64,000 bases of DNA, from assembly GCF_009914755.1 (NCBI RefSeq), contig NC_060927.1; one strand, written 5' to 3'. The translations under genes were made by a program, and so were the position numbers. A model generated the notes under the pieces. The model saw nothing but the letters and a program-made list of their open reading frames with translations. It was not told where the DNA came from and searched no databases. Of this stretch, positions 40,031 through 52,120 are shown one piece after another. Position 1 is the first letter of the stretch; each line of letters begins with the position of its first letter. Source of the stretch: the human T2T-CHM13v2.0 reference genome, Homo sapiens.

Positions 40031-43000
40031 ATGACAGTCATGTCCCTTTCCAGGGACCTCAAGGACGACTTTCACAGTGACACGGTACTCTCCATCTTAA
40101 ATGAGCAGCGCATTCGGGGCATTTTATGCGATGTCACTATCATTGTGGAAGATACCAAATTTAAAGCCCATAGCAATGTTCTGGCAGCTTCAAGCCTGTA
40201 TTTTAAAAATATCTTTTGGAGCCATACAATCTGTATTTCCAGCCACGTCCTGGAGCTGGACGATCTCAAAGCTGAAGTGTTTACTGAAATACTTAATTAT
40301 ATCTACAGTTCCACAGTCGTTGTCAAGAGACAGGAAACAGTCACTGATCTCGCAGCTGCAGGAAAAAAGCTGGGAATATCGTTCTTGGAAGACCTTACTG
40401 ATCGCAACTTCTCAAATTCCCCGGGTCCCTATGTATTCTGTATTACTGAAAAGGGAGTGGTTAAAGAAGAAAAAAATGAAAAAAGGCATGAAGAACCAGC
40501 CATCACTAATGGGCCAAGGATCACAAATGCATTTTCCATCATCGAAACAGAAAATAGTAATAACATGTTTTCCCCGCTGGACTTGAGGGCAAGTTTCAAA
40601 AAGGTCTCCGACTCCATGAGAACAGCTAGCCTTTGCCTGGAGAGGACGGACGTCTGCCACGAGGCAGAGCCTGTCCGCACACTTGCCGAGCACTCATACG
40701 CTGTTTCTTCCGTAGCTGAAGCTTACAGAAGTCAGCCTGTACGTGAACATGATGGCAGTTCACCTGGTAACACAGGGAAAGAAAATTGTGAAGCCCTTGC
40801 AGCGAAACCGAAAACATGCCGGAAGCCAAAGACATTCTCCATACCACAGGATTCGGATTCAGCCACAGAAAATATACCACCCCCTCCAGTATCCAACTTA
40901 GAGGTTAATCAAGAAAGAAGTCCACAAGCAGCTGCTGTTCTCACTCGTTCAAAATCTCCAAACAATGAAGGAGATGTCCATTTTGCCAGGGAAGATGAAA
41001 ATCAATCTTCTGATGTTCCCGGGCCGCCAGCCGCAGAGGTTCCACCTCTGGTGTACAATTGTAGCTGCTGTTCCAAAGCCTTTGACAGCAGCACTCTGCT
41101 CAGTGCCCACATGCAGCTTCACAAGCCAACCCAGGAGCCTTTAGTGTGCAAGTATTGCAACAAACAATTCACCACCCTGAACAGGTTGGATCGGCATGAA
41201 CAGATCTGCATGAGGTCAAGCCACATGCCCATTCCTGGAGGAAACCAACGCTTTTTAGAAAACTATCCTACCATTGGACAAAATGGAGGTTCATTCACAG
41301 GTCCAGAACCTTTATTATCTGAAAATAGGATTGGTGAATTTTCCAGTACCGGAAGTACTTTGCCAGACACGGACCACATGGTTAAATTTGTTAATGGGCA
41401 AATGCTCTACAGTTGCGTTGTGTGCAAACGTAGTTATGTGACCTTATCTAGCCTCCGAAGACATGCAAATGTTCACTCCTGGAGAAGAACATATCCTTGC
41501 CATTACTGCAACAAAGTATTTGCATTGGCTGAGTACAGGACAAGGCATGAAATTTGGCATACGGGAGAAAGACGATATCAGTGCATTTTCTGTCTTGAAA
41601 CTTTCATGACCTACTATATACTCAAAAATCATCAGAAGTCTTTCCATGCCATCGATCATAGACTTTCCATCAGTAAAAAAACAGCAAATGGAGGCTTGAA
41701 GCCTAGTGTCTATCCGTATAAACTTTATAGGCTACTGCCTATGAAATGCAAGAGAGCCCCTTATAAGAGCTACCGAAATTCTTCCTATGAAAATGCACGA
41801 GAAAACAGTCAAATGAATGAGTCTGCACCTGGTACCTATGTTGTTCAGAATCCACACAGCTCTGAATTACCAACGCTGAATTTCCAAGATACTGTAAACA
41901 CCCTGACCAACAGTCCAGCCATCCCATTGGAAACATCTGCATGTCAGGACATACCCACTTCTGCCAATGTACAAAATGCAGAGGGTACCAAATGGGGAGA
42001 GGAGGCATTGAAAATGGATCTTGACAATAACTTTTATTCAACTGAGGTGTCAGTTTCTTCCACTGAAAATGCTGTCAGTTCTGACCTCCGGGCAGGGGAT
42101 GTACCTGTTTTATCTTTGAGTAATAGCAGTGAGAATGCCGCCTCTGTGATCAGCTACAGTGGCTCTGCACCCTCGGTCATTGTACACAGCAGCCAGTTTT
42201 CATCGGTGATCATGCACAGCAATGCCATTGCTGCCATGACCAGCAGCAACCACAGAGCCTTTTCAGACCCAGCTGTCAGTCAGTCCCTGAAAGATGACAG
42301 TAAGCCCGAGCCAGATAAAGTGGGTAGGTTTGCAAGCAGACCCAAAAGCATTAAGGAGAAAAAGAAAACTACATCACATACCAGGGGAGAAATACCGGAG
42401 GAGTCAAACTATGTTGCTGATCCTGGAGGATCACTGAGCAAAACCACAAATATTGCTGAAGAAACCAGCAAAATTGAAACCTACATTGCAAAACCTGCTC
42501 TGCCGGGAACCTCCACAAATAGTAATGTTGCACCCCTTTGCCAAATAACAGTGAAAATTGGAAACGAAGCCATTGTGAAAAGGCACATTCTAGGATCTAA
42601 ATTGTTTTATAAAAGAGGGAGAAGACCCAAGTATCAGATGCAGGAGGAGCCTTTGCCACAGGGGAATGACCCAGAACCCAGTGGAGACAGCCCACTCGGG
42701 CTTTGCCAATCCGAGTGCATGGAGATGAGTGAAGTGTTCGATGACGCAAGTGACCAGGATTCCACTGACAAACCGTGGCGCCCTTACTACAACTACAAAC
42801 CCAAAAAGAAATCCAGACAGTTGAAAAAAATGAGGAAAGTCAACTGGAGGAAGGAGCACGGAAACAGGAGCCCGAGCCATAAATGTAAATACCCAGCAGA
42901 ACTGGATTGCGCCGTGGGGAAGGCTCCTCAGGATAAACCCTTTGAGGAAGAAGAAACTAAAGAGATGCCCAAGCTGCAGTGTGAACTCTGTGATGGAGAC

Positions 43001-43618
43001 AAAGCAGTGGGGGCTGGAAACCAAGGAAGGCCCCACCGACATCTTACTTCTCGGCCATATGCCTGCGAGCTCTGCGCCAAGCAGTTCCAGAGCCCTTCCA
43101 CACTCAAAATGCACATGAGATGTCACACCGGGGAGAAGCCATACCAGTGCAAGACCTGCGGACGGTGCTTTTCGGTGCAAGGAAACTTACAGAAACATGA
43201 ACGCATCCACCTGGGCTTGAAGGAGTTCGTCTGTCAGTATTGCAACAAGGCATTCACCTTGAATGAGACCCTCAAAATCCATGAAAGAATCCATACTGGA
43301 GAAAAGCGTTACCACTGTCAGTTCTGCTTTCAGAGATTTTTGTATCTCTCCACCAAAAGGAATCACGAGCAGAGGCATATTCGGGAGCATAATGGGAAGG
43401 GCTATGCCTGCTTCCAGTGCCCCAAAATTTGCAAAACAGCTGCTGCCCTTGGAATGCACCAAAAGAAACACTTATTCAAAAGCCCAAGTCAGCAGGAGAA
43501 AATAGGTGACGTGTGCCACGAAAACTCAAATCCCTTGGAGAATCAACATTTCATTGGTTCAGAAGACAATGACCAAAAGGATAACATACAAACCGGTGTG
43601 GAAAATGTTGTCCTTTGA
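40031..43618 (+). CDS. ZBTB38: Zinc finger and BTB domain-containing protein 38 (CIBZ), 1195 aa, Kaiso-family methyl-CpG-binding transcription factor; CDS in one exon
   Basis: Uninterrupted ORF MTVMSLSRDLKDDFHSD...VENVVL*; BTB domain (LNEQRIRGILCDVTIIVEDTKFKAHSNVLAASS); CtBP motif PLDLR (aa 182-186); 2 N-terminal, 3 Kaiso-like central (YSCVVCKRSYVTLSSLRRHANVH...) and 5 C-terminal zinc fingers. Confidence 0.98.
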   Translation: MTVMSLSRDLKDDFHSDTVLSILNEQRIRGILCDVTIIVEDTKFKAHSNVLAASSLYFKNIFWSHTICISSHVLELDDLKAEVFTEILNYIYSSTVVVKRQETVTDLAAAGKKLGISFLEDLTDRNFSNSPGPYVFCITEKGVVKEEKNEKRHEEPAITNGPRITNAFSIIETENSNNMFSPLDLRASFKKVSDSMRTASLCLERTDVCHEAEPVRTLAEHSYAVSSVAEAYRSQPVREHDGSSPGNTGKENCEALAAKPKTCRKPKTFSIPQDSDSATENIPPPPVSNLEVNQERSPQAAAVLTRSKSPNNEGDVHFAREDENQSSDVPGPPAAEVPPLVYNCSCCSKAFDSSTLLSAHMQLHKPTQEPLVCKYCNKQFTTLNRLDRHEQICMRSSHMPIPGGNQRFLENYPTIGQNGGSFTGPEPLLSENRIGEFSSTGSTLPDTDHMVKFVNGQMLYSCVVCKRSYVTLSSLRRHANVHSWRRTYPCHYCNKVFALAEYRTRHEIWHTGERRYQCIFCLETFMTYYILKNHQKSFHAIDHRLSISKKTANGGLKPSVYPYKLYRLLPMKCKRAPYKSYRNSSYENARENSQMNESAPGTYVVQNPHSSELPTLNFQDTVNTLTNSPAIPLETSACQDIPTSANVQNAEGTKWGEEALKMDLDNNFYSTEVSVSSTENAVSSDLRAGDVPVLSLSNSSENAASVISYSGSAPSVIVHSSQFSSVIMHSNAIAAMTSSNHRAFSDPAVSQSLKDDSKPEPDKVGRFASRPKSIKEKKKTTSHTRGEIPEESNYVADPGGSLSKTTNIAEETSKIETYIAKPALPGTSTNSNVAPLCQITVKIGNEAIVKRHILGSKLFYKRGRRPKYQMQEEPLPQGNDPEPSGDSPLGLCQSECMEMSEVFDDASDQDSTDKPWRPYYNYKPKKKSRQLKKMRKVNWRKEHGNRSPSHKCKYPAELDCAVGKAPQDKPFEEEETKEMPKLQCELCDGDKAVGAGNQGRPHRHLTSRPYACELCAKQFQSPSTLKMHMRCHTGEKPYQCKTCGRCFSVQGNLQKHERIHLGLKEFVCQYCNKAFTLNETLKIHERIHTGEKRYHCQFCFQRFLYLSTKRNHEQRHIREHNGKGYACFQCPKICKTAAALGMHQKKHLFKSPSQQEKIGDVCHENSNPLENQHFIGSEDNDQKDNIQTGVENVVL

Positions 43619-46600
43619 GTGGCAAGAATTAGAAAAATCTTCAAAAATATAGTTGGTGGTTTTTTTAGTTATGATTTAAGTTTAGTTTCATTTTGTCCAT
43701 GTGACAGTCATGAAGGAGTGAAATTAAAAAAAAAAAAAAACTCATTTGTGAAAATTCCAGAAAAAGGATCCTAATATCTACTTTGGGTTTTAGCATTAAC
43801 TTTATGCAAAGTGCACAAAAACAAAATAGCTGACTCCTCCAATATCCCAAGTTTCTTGTGAAAGTTAATAAAATTCTTAGCTGTGGTATTTCTACCAGTG
43901 AAAAAAGGAGTTTAATTTTAGCCTAGTTTAAAACTTTCTAATAATTGCTAATAAGAACTGGCTGCTGAACTGTCTTTAGTCACTGGAGAAAATAAGGGTC
44001 AGATATCCTGAAGATGGCATCTTCGTAAATATGTTACGTGGTAATAAGCTGTGTGACGGTCTTTATTCCCATCTGGCTTCTGCACTATTAAAATTTGTTT
44101 AAATTAATGGATACACATGAAATACTTAAACAATATAACTGAAATTATGTGCATAATGAGTAACCTAAAGTAGGACATTCATACATTATGTAGAACTACT
44201 TTTCTGCAACACAAACCTTGTAAAATACATATATAAATCACTATAACTTTTAACTGTCCATATCCCCTGTAGAGAATTATGAGGAGCAATAGATCTGCAA
44301 ATAATGAGGACTGATGTAAAAATCAATAGAAAGCATTTTGAATATGATTTAAGAGCATGTGAATGCTTTTAGATGGAATGCTGTTCCCTTGAAGTTATGG
44401 CTGAGCTGTTCTTAGAACTGGTCTACTCAATTCACAGAAAACATAGGTCATGCCTTATCTATGGGGGAACACCCTCCCAGAATTTACCTGTGATTACCTG
44501 TGCTGCATATTACTTTGCAATGGCCTCATCTCAGAGAATGAAAGAGGGTCACATTGTTCTGAAACTCTCTGCAGTCTTCCAACCACCACAAGGCCATGGA
44601 TGTGGGGGTCTATTCCAGACAGACTTAAGGGCTCAAGTGGAACCTGCCATCTCCCATTCCACTGAAGGACTGTCCAAGAGATTTAGTGCAAGGTACACTG
44701 CAGTAGTGAATTCCCAGGCACTTGAAAGTGACTGCCTAATCCCTACAATTACTAGCCTTGTTGGAGATTATGCAGCCCACAAGTACAGACTAGTATAAAG
44801 CAAAAGGACAAAGGAACCCCCACCCTCCACCCCACCCATTAATGACTTGAGTGGGCAAGAAGAAGTGATGGCCTTCCTTGCCTAAAACAGTAGCTTTGTT
44901 TTTAGGGGGTGGGAAGGTAGGATGTGGAGTGACATGGTTCTATCCTTTACTTATGAGACTCAGAAATATATCTACAAAGCCAGATGCTCTGTCTTCATAT
45001 TTGCAGACATCTAGACCCCTTGCTAAAAACCCACTGAAGTTTTTTTTTTATGTTCTTTGACCCACACCATCAACACTACCCTCAAATCTAATTGCCCTAC
45101 AGCATATTCTATCATGTGGACTAGGTTCCTGGAAAGCCGGAACTCATGATTCTTTTTCAAACTGCCAGAATAGAAGGGAGAGAGAAAACATTTCTACCCT
45201 TTGATCACCAGTGTGAACAGAATCCGGAATGCAGTTTCAGCGTGACCTGCAGTCATTCATGTTCATTGGATTTGACAGATGGAAACCCAAGGTTATCGAA
45301 GATTGGAAGGTTATCATTGTGAAGAAGTAGCTCAAAGGACTCCGGTTTCTGTCTACAAGTGTGATGTCTCCATGAAGAAGACTTAGTATGGATTTGGGTG
45401 GGTAAGAAAGCATTTAAACGCCCAGGAAAGGACATGATTAAAGTTGACCTTTTAATACTGTAGTACCTTGCTGTTAAGTAACCCCACTATTGTATCTGCA
45501 TTTATCTTTTGTTCATCTACTTTCACTTACATACAGTATTATATAAGTAGAGAAAAATGGGAAAATGCAAGCAAATTCAACTTTATTTTATACATTGTAT
45601 ATATGTACACCCTACACTATTCATTTGGGTTTTATTAAAGAGATAGTCACAAAGGGCTTACGAAAATCATTTTTGAATTGATAATTAGAATATTGAATAA
45701 GCAATCCTATGATCCACTAATTTGTTTTATCAGTTAATAATATTAATCAAAGACATTTACTGTATATTCTAGTCATTTTGATTTGAGTTAACCCCAAATA
45801 TAAAATTACCTGTAGTGATGTCTCTCTCCCAGCCCTTATATGTGGATATTTTTTAAGTGGACTTGTATGCTGATAATTCTAGACCAAAGTAAATATGGCA
45901 GAATATTTATACATGAAAAAATAATTTTGCAAATATTTTCTATAATTGTATTCATTTAAAATGTTGATAGCTTGTGTTAGTTTCAGGGAGGGGTGTATAT
46001 TTTGATAAAAAAATACTTGACTTTGTAATTCTGTATATTCTATACAATTTATAGCAGAGCCGTTTTAAGACAGCCTTGTCACATTTTTTTGTTAATTGTG
46101 AAAATTTTATTGAGTGATGTTTAAGTATGCATTGAGTACATGACCAACTAGAATTAAAGTAAGTGTAAACAGTGAACATACTGTATGCTGTACAAGATAT
46201 AATGTAACTTGCTGTTTTAGCATCTGTATTTTGGTTAGAAGATATTATTAAATGCAGATGTTAAGGATTGGAAAAGTCTAATTTTATTTTTAGAAATAAT
46301 GGATATAAATTTGTTTTTGCTTGATTAAAATAGCTTATTCCTACATTAAGTCTCTTTTTAAATGTTTTCATGTTATTTCTTTTGTGCAGCTATTTCATCT
46401 GTGTGAGTCACAGCTTTGTTTCCACGTATTATTCAGTTTATTTCTGTTTCCTTACTTGTTTACATTCCGTGGTACCTACTTACATGCTTAGGAGTCAAAT
46501 GGATTATGACATTAGGAAAAAAGCAGAATAAAAGAGATTGAAGTCTTCTGATGATTGAGTGTTTTGGATAGGCCTGATCTTATAATGATAAATCAGAGAA

Positions 46601-47440
46601 TGAAATGCTCTCCAGGAAGCATTCTGCTCCACTCATCCGTGGGAAACAAATTACATTTATTGAGTACCAGGCACTGGGCAATGTCTTTACATAGGCTATT
46701 TCATTAACACACACGCACCAGAATTCGACCTCATTATCCTCGTTTTATAGTGACTTTGAGAAGGTCTCACAACCAGACAAAGCCAGGATGCTAACCTAGG
46801 TCTGCCTGACTCCAAAGCCCATGTTTTTGTTCCTTCTCAACACTGTAGAGAAAAATCATTTATAGAAACTGAACAGAGTATGAGGAAAGGAGATATGATA
46901 AAGTAATGCAGCTTTAGGATGGCAGTTAGTGACTGCCCTGGAACAGGATTAAAGGAGGCTGTGTCAGGTTCAGCTTCCCCTGAATTGGGCTTCCCTTATA
47001 TCTCAGGAGATTGCCCTATAAAATCAGTAAAATTTGTGCACTTTTTTAAGGATATGGAGTAAAATTGTAATAGCATTATAAGCTGGTAATTTTCACACAA
47101 AGAAAAAAATACGTTCCGTCGTCACAGACTCTACTCCTAAACTTAGCTAACTAACTATCTTGCAAATGCCTGCAGTTTGTCCCAGTGGGCAATGTGAGAG
47201 GGGATGTCGGTGGCTCAGGCAGCACAGTCCATCACCAACACAGAGAAAATTACTGCCAGGCCTACCGGTGGCTGGCCAGTAGCATCAATTTTGTATTGGA
47301 AGGGCAATCCAAACCAGATTCACCAAAAATTTGATAACTGTTATCTGCTAAAACTAACTTCATTATGTACAAGAACAACAGATTTAATATTGAAAGCATC
47401 TGTAACAATTGGGAAAGTAAAAGCATAAAACAAAAGTGTT
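43619..47440 (+). other. ZBTB38: 3' UTR of ZBTB38 (end approximate)
   Basis: AT-rich, Alu-free stretch with many TGTA motifs; poly(A) signal candidates AATAAA 43867, ATTAAA 46324, AATAAA 46527, AGTAAA 47416 and CATAAA 47424 followed by a GT/T-rich tract. Confidence 0.65.
46650..46835 (-). mobile_element. MIR fragment within the distal 3' UTR
   Basis: ACATTTATTGAGTACCAGGCACTG...ATTATCCTCGTTTTATAG...AACCTAGGTCTGCCTGACTCCAAAGCCC. Confidence 0.65.
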
Positions 47441-47982
47441 AGTATATTTTTTTCCATTACTTCGGATACTTTCATTCTTGCTACTCATCTTTTCTCATCA
47501 CCTACTGATTGATTTAGTTGCACTCCCATCTGTCTCTTATCAGTTTATTTTTACAGAAGCAACAGCTCTTCCACTTCAGTTTCCTCCAAATCTGAGAATG
47601 CATCCCCCTCGCCCTCCCCAAATCCTGACCAGCTATTGATTTCTCTTCTGGAGAGAGAAGCCTCCTTTACTCCCTCCCTAGTTTGTACATCCTAACCCAG
47701 TTCCTCAAGCAAGATGGTCAGTGAGCAAGAAAGTTGGCTGGGTGTGCAATTTAGAACTATTCACTCTAAATTTAGACAACGAATGAAGAACTAGTTAGAA
47801 ATGTTATATTTTATTATTTCATTAGTAACATCTAAAACATTCTATTTAGAATGTTTTTGTGGAAAATCAAACACTTTTTTGCAATAATTTTAAAATATAT
47901 GACTTGTATGTAGTTATAGGTGAAAGTATTTTATTCCAGTTAGAGAAACTGGTAAACAGACATTTTAAAGATGTAATAATGT

Positions 47983-48253
47983 GGCCGGGCGTGGTGGCTC
48001 ACAACTGTAATCCCAGCACGTTGGAGGCCGAGGCGGGAGTTCAGGAATGGGCTGGCCAACATGGTGAAACCCCGTCTCTACTAAAAATACAAAACTTTAG
48101 CTGGGCATAGTGGTGGGTGCCTATAATCCCAGCTACTGGGGAGGCTGAAGCAGGAGAATCACTTGAACCTGGGAGGCGGAGGTGTAGTGAGCTGAGATCG
48201 TGCCTCTGCACTCTGGCCTGCACAACAGAGCAAGACTCCATCTCAAAAAAAAA
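47983..48253 (+). mobile_element. AluS with a deletion in the left arm
   Basis: GGAGGCCGAGGCGGGAGTTC lacks the CGGATCACCTGAGGTCA segment. Confidence 0.9.
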
Positions 48254-48954
48254 TAATAATGCTAACTTATGTAAAATTGTAATTAATTCATTCAAAATAT
48301 ACTTAATTTTTACTGCTGAACTAGGACTACAGAGATGTGAGGTAGCTTGTGCCTTTGAGGAACTTAAGTCTGGTGAAGGAGATTGATGAGACAATAGATG
48401 ATTATAAAACAAAACTCTGAGCTCTTAAGAGGCCTAGAACCAAAGCAGAGAGAAGTGATACTGAGCGGGGGCTGGTGGAGCTGGGCTTCACCAGAGGCGT
48501 CGGGTCCAGAGAGGAGCAACTAAAACAAAGGAGCCACCGGGGAATGTAGGTTGTTCCAAAAGTCTGGCGTTTGGGATGATGAACCTGGAGAGGCACATGG
48601 GACACATCATCAGGGCCTTGGCTTTGCCAGAGTTGGACCTCTATCCTGACAGCATAAGGCAGTGGGCAAGCAAAGAAGGGGGCTGGGTAGTAAGAGATGA
48701 ACTCAGAGAGAGTTAACACAATATCCAAGCAAGATGAGAAGCCTTTGGAGGACTTCAGCAGAGAGTGGAAGGATCTGATATGCTTACAAGGATCACTCTT
48801 ACTGCGTGTACTGAATAGACCACAGCCCGGGGCAAGGGTGGAGGCAGGGAGATGAGATAGGAGACTGTGGCAGCACAGGCGGGAGATGACAGTGGCTTGG
48901 AAGAGGGTGGGAGTAGTGGGGATGGTAAGAAATGGGTCACATTCTGGAGATAGA

Positions 48955-49430
48955 TTTTTAATTTTGTAATGTGGAAATTTTCAAGCCTATGCAGAAGTAG
49001 AATAGTTTGGTGAAACCCAGTGTACCCATCATTCAACAATCAACAATTCACAGCCAATGTTGTTTCATCAATACCCTCACCTACTTTCCTTCTCCACTGT
49101 ATTATTTTGAAGCAGATCATAGACATCATACCATTTCATCTGTAAATATGTCAGTATACATCTCTAAAAAGGTAAACAACATTTTTAATATAACCATATC
49201 ATTACCATTCCTTAAAAATTAACATTTCCTTAATATCAAGTTCCATTCGTTAAAATTTCTGGTTGTCTCATCATTATATATATATTTTTTACAATTGGAA
49301 TCAGAATCCAACTAAAGTCCCATACTACAATTAGTTGATATACCTGTCTTATAATCTATAGATTTTCTATTTTTTCCCTTCGCAATTTCATTCCGAAGAA
49401 ATTCGGTGTTCACAGTCTAGGAAGAAACAA
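48955..49430 (-). mobile_element. Old L1 (L1MC/ME-type) 3' UTR fragment nested in L2
   Basis: GGAAATTTTCAAGCCTATGCAGAAGTAGAATAG...CCCAGTGTACCCATCA...TATTTTGAAGCAGATCATAGACATCATA. Confidence 0.65.
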
Positions 49431-50381
49431 GGCAACTTCTTAGGTTGGGTTATGTTCTTCCGTTAGGAGGTACACTCTGTGTGGCTTAGATATTGGATGT
49501 ATTTTGAAGACAGATCTGATAGATTTGCTAATGGTGTAGATACCAGGGGTTGAAAAAGAGAGGGATCAAAAATGACACCAAGGTTTGGGCCTGAACAATT
49601 AGAAGGATGGTGTTGCCAACAAACTAGATACCTGGGTTGGAAGTTCAGAAGAGGAGACTGACTTGAGGTAAGGATTTGAAAGTTGTATTTTATTCATTCA
49701 AAATATATTTGAGGTGGGAGTACAGCACAAGAATGGCCAAAACAAATAGTCCCTGGAGCCTGTGACATAGTGGGGAACACAAAAGGCTAAAAAGCTGATT
49801 ATTTACAACCATACTAAATGCTATGCAGAAGGGCTGCATGGTGCTCTGAGGACATCTAATGGAGGAATGTAACCTAGTTGGGAGGTTCAAGGGAGGCTGT
49901 CTTTGAGGAAGTAACTTTTTGTTTTCAGACCTAGACCTGAGGAAGTAACTTTTGAGCTGAGGTCTGAAAGATAAATAAGAGTTGAAAGGAGAGAGAGTTT
50001 CTAGGTTGAGGGACTAACAGATATCAAGGGCAGCCTGTGGAGGGAACACAGTTCTTTGGAGGCCAGTGGTGGCCAGAGTACAGAGAAATTGATTTAAAAT
50101 CAGACTAGAGGACAGGAGCCATACCATGCAGAACCTTCAAGGTCATGCCAAGAATTTGGATCTTATTCTTAAGATCCAGAAGATCTTAAGAGCATCAGAA
50201 AGCCATTGAATTATTTAAAGCAGGTTGGGACAAGAAGAGGTATATTTAATCAGTTTTGTATTACAAAAAAGTCACTGTGGCTGAAATGTAGACAATGGCT
50301 TGGAAGACAGTAGCGGCCAGAAGTAGAGCAGTTAGGAAGCTACTGCAGTTGTGCAGGCTAGAGATTATAGTGGCTTGGATT

Positions 50382-50750
50382 TGTTAACTGGAAAAACCTT
50401 AAACAAGTTAAATGTAACAGAGTTTAATTGAGCAAAGAACCATTTGTGAATTGGGGACCCCTAAGAACCAGAATAGGTTTTAAGAACTCCAGCCTACAAC
50501 GTAGTCAGGCAGCATTTATAAGAAGAAAATGGAAGAAGTAAGGTACAGAGGCAGCTTCATGGGCTACAGCTCACTGTTTTGCCTTATGTCAATCAGTCAG
50601 CTGTCTGAGATTGACTGAAGCTCAGCTGCTGAACTGAGACTCAGCTGTTAGTTTAGGCATTTAGTTAGTTTATGCAACTAAGTAAGGTTGCAGTTCATTT
50701 TGGACTTGAGTATGAAGGCATCCTTAGGCCAAATTTAGTTTAGTTTAACT
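50382..50750 (-). mobile_element. ERV1 solo LTR of the MER57/MER93 group, nested in L2
   Basis: TGTTAAC...AACAGAGTTTAATTGAGCAAAGAA...GGCATCCTTAGGCCAAATTTAGTTTAGTTTAAC; L2 sequence continues on both sides. Confidence 0.7.
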
Positions 50751-50969
50751 GATGATGTGATTGCAGTGAAGATAGAGAGAAAGGGGAGGATTTGGGAGAT
50801 ACTTAAGGGAGAGAATCAGCAGGACGTGATGTTTGATGATATATGGGAAGTGAGGGCTAGGGATGGATCAAGGATAGTCTTTGGGTTTTAGAATTGTTGA
50901 AGCTAGGAGTGCAAGGTGTCCCGTCCATGAAGCTTGTATAGAGAAGGAAGAATCCAGAAAACACCAACA

Positions 50970-51470
<501 letters not shown>

Positions 51471-51811
51471 AGGGGGTTAAGGGGCTTGCCCAGGCCAGAC
51501 AGGACCAACTCTGAGCCTTTTGGTCTCCAAGACACTGTTTTCATCCCCACCTACTTATTCCACATTGACTAAGGTATTTTTTGGAAGAACCTAGAGCTAA
51601 AACAATAAAAAATACTGTCCTTTCCTGAAAATGAGTGTTTATTGGCCTGAGACTCTAATACTTTCAGAGACCTAGGTCATTCCTTTTTTTATTCGACATA
51701 TTCTGTATGGCAACTAGTACTGCCAGGCGCTATTCTAAGCATCTAATGAAGATTAACTCATTTAGTCCTCATATCACCCCATGAGGGAAACACTATTATC
51801 ATTGCCAACAA

Positions 51812-52120
51812 TGTTTAGTTTGGTTATCTTTTTGCTGCACGGTGTCACAAAACAGTGGCTTAAAACAACCATTTATTATTATTTCACATGGTTCTGTGGT
51901 TTGACTGGGATCAGCTGGGCAGAGCCTCTCACGCAGTTGCAGTTAGATGGTGATGAGGCTGGAGTCATCTAAAGGCATGACCAGGCTGGCATTAAAGCAG
52001 CCACAGCCCACCCAGTTTCAAGGGGTTGAAGGTGTAGACTCCAGTCCTCAGTGGGGGAGTCACAGACACTTACAGGGAGGGAAGGAATTGATGGCAGCCA
52101 TCTTCAGAGGTAAGCTACAA
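51812..52120 (-). mobile_element. Old MLT1 (H/I-type) LTR fragment nested in a MIR (~51690-52220)
   Basis: CAAAACAGTGGCTTAAAACAACCATTTATTAT...GATGGCAGCCATCTT; MIR halves on both sides. Confidence 0.6.

Larger units (their letters stand above)
48280..50900 (-). mobile_element. Cluster of L2 fragments with nested L1 and LTR insertions
   Basis: L2-typical GGATCACTCTTACTGC...GAATAGAC...GACAGTGGCTTGGA; TATTCATTCAAAATATATTTGAG; GCAGTTAGGAAGCTACTGCAG. Confidence 0.65.

Noticed and set aside
40072-43505. Antisense and alternate-frame ORFs overlapping the ZBTB38 CDS (up to 196 aa)
   Set aside because: Expected shadows of a long coding exon; no domains or independent expression signals.
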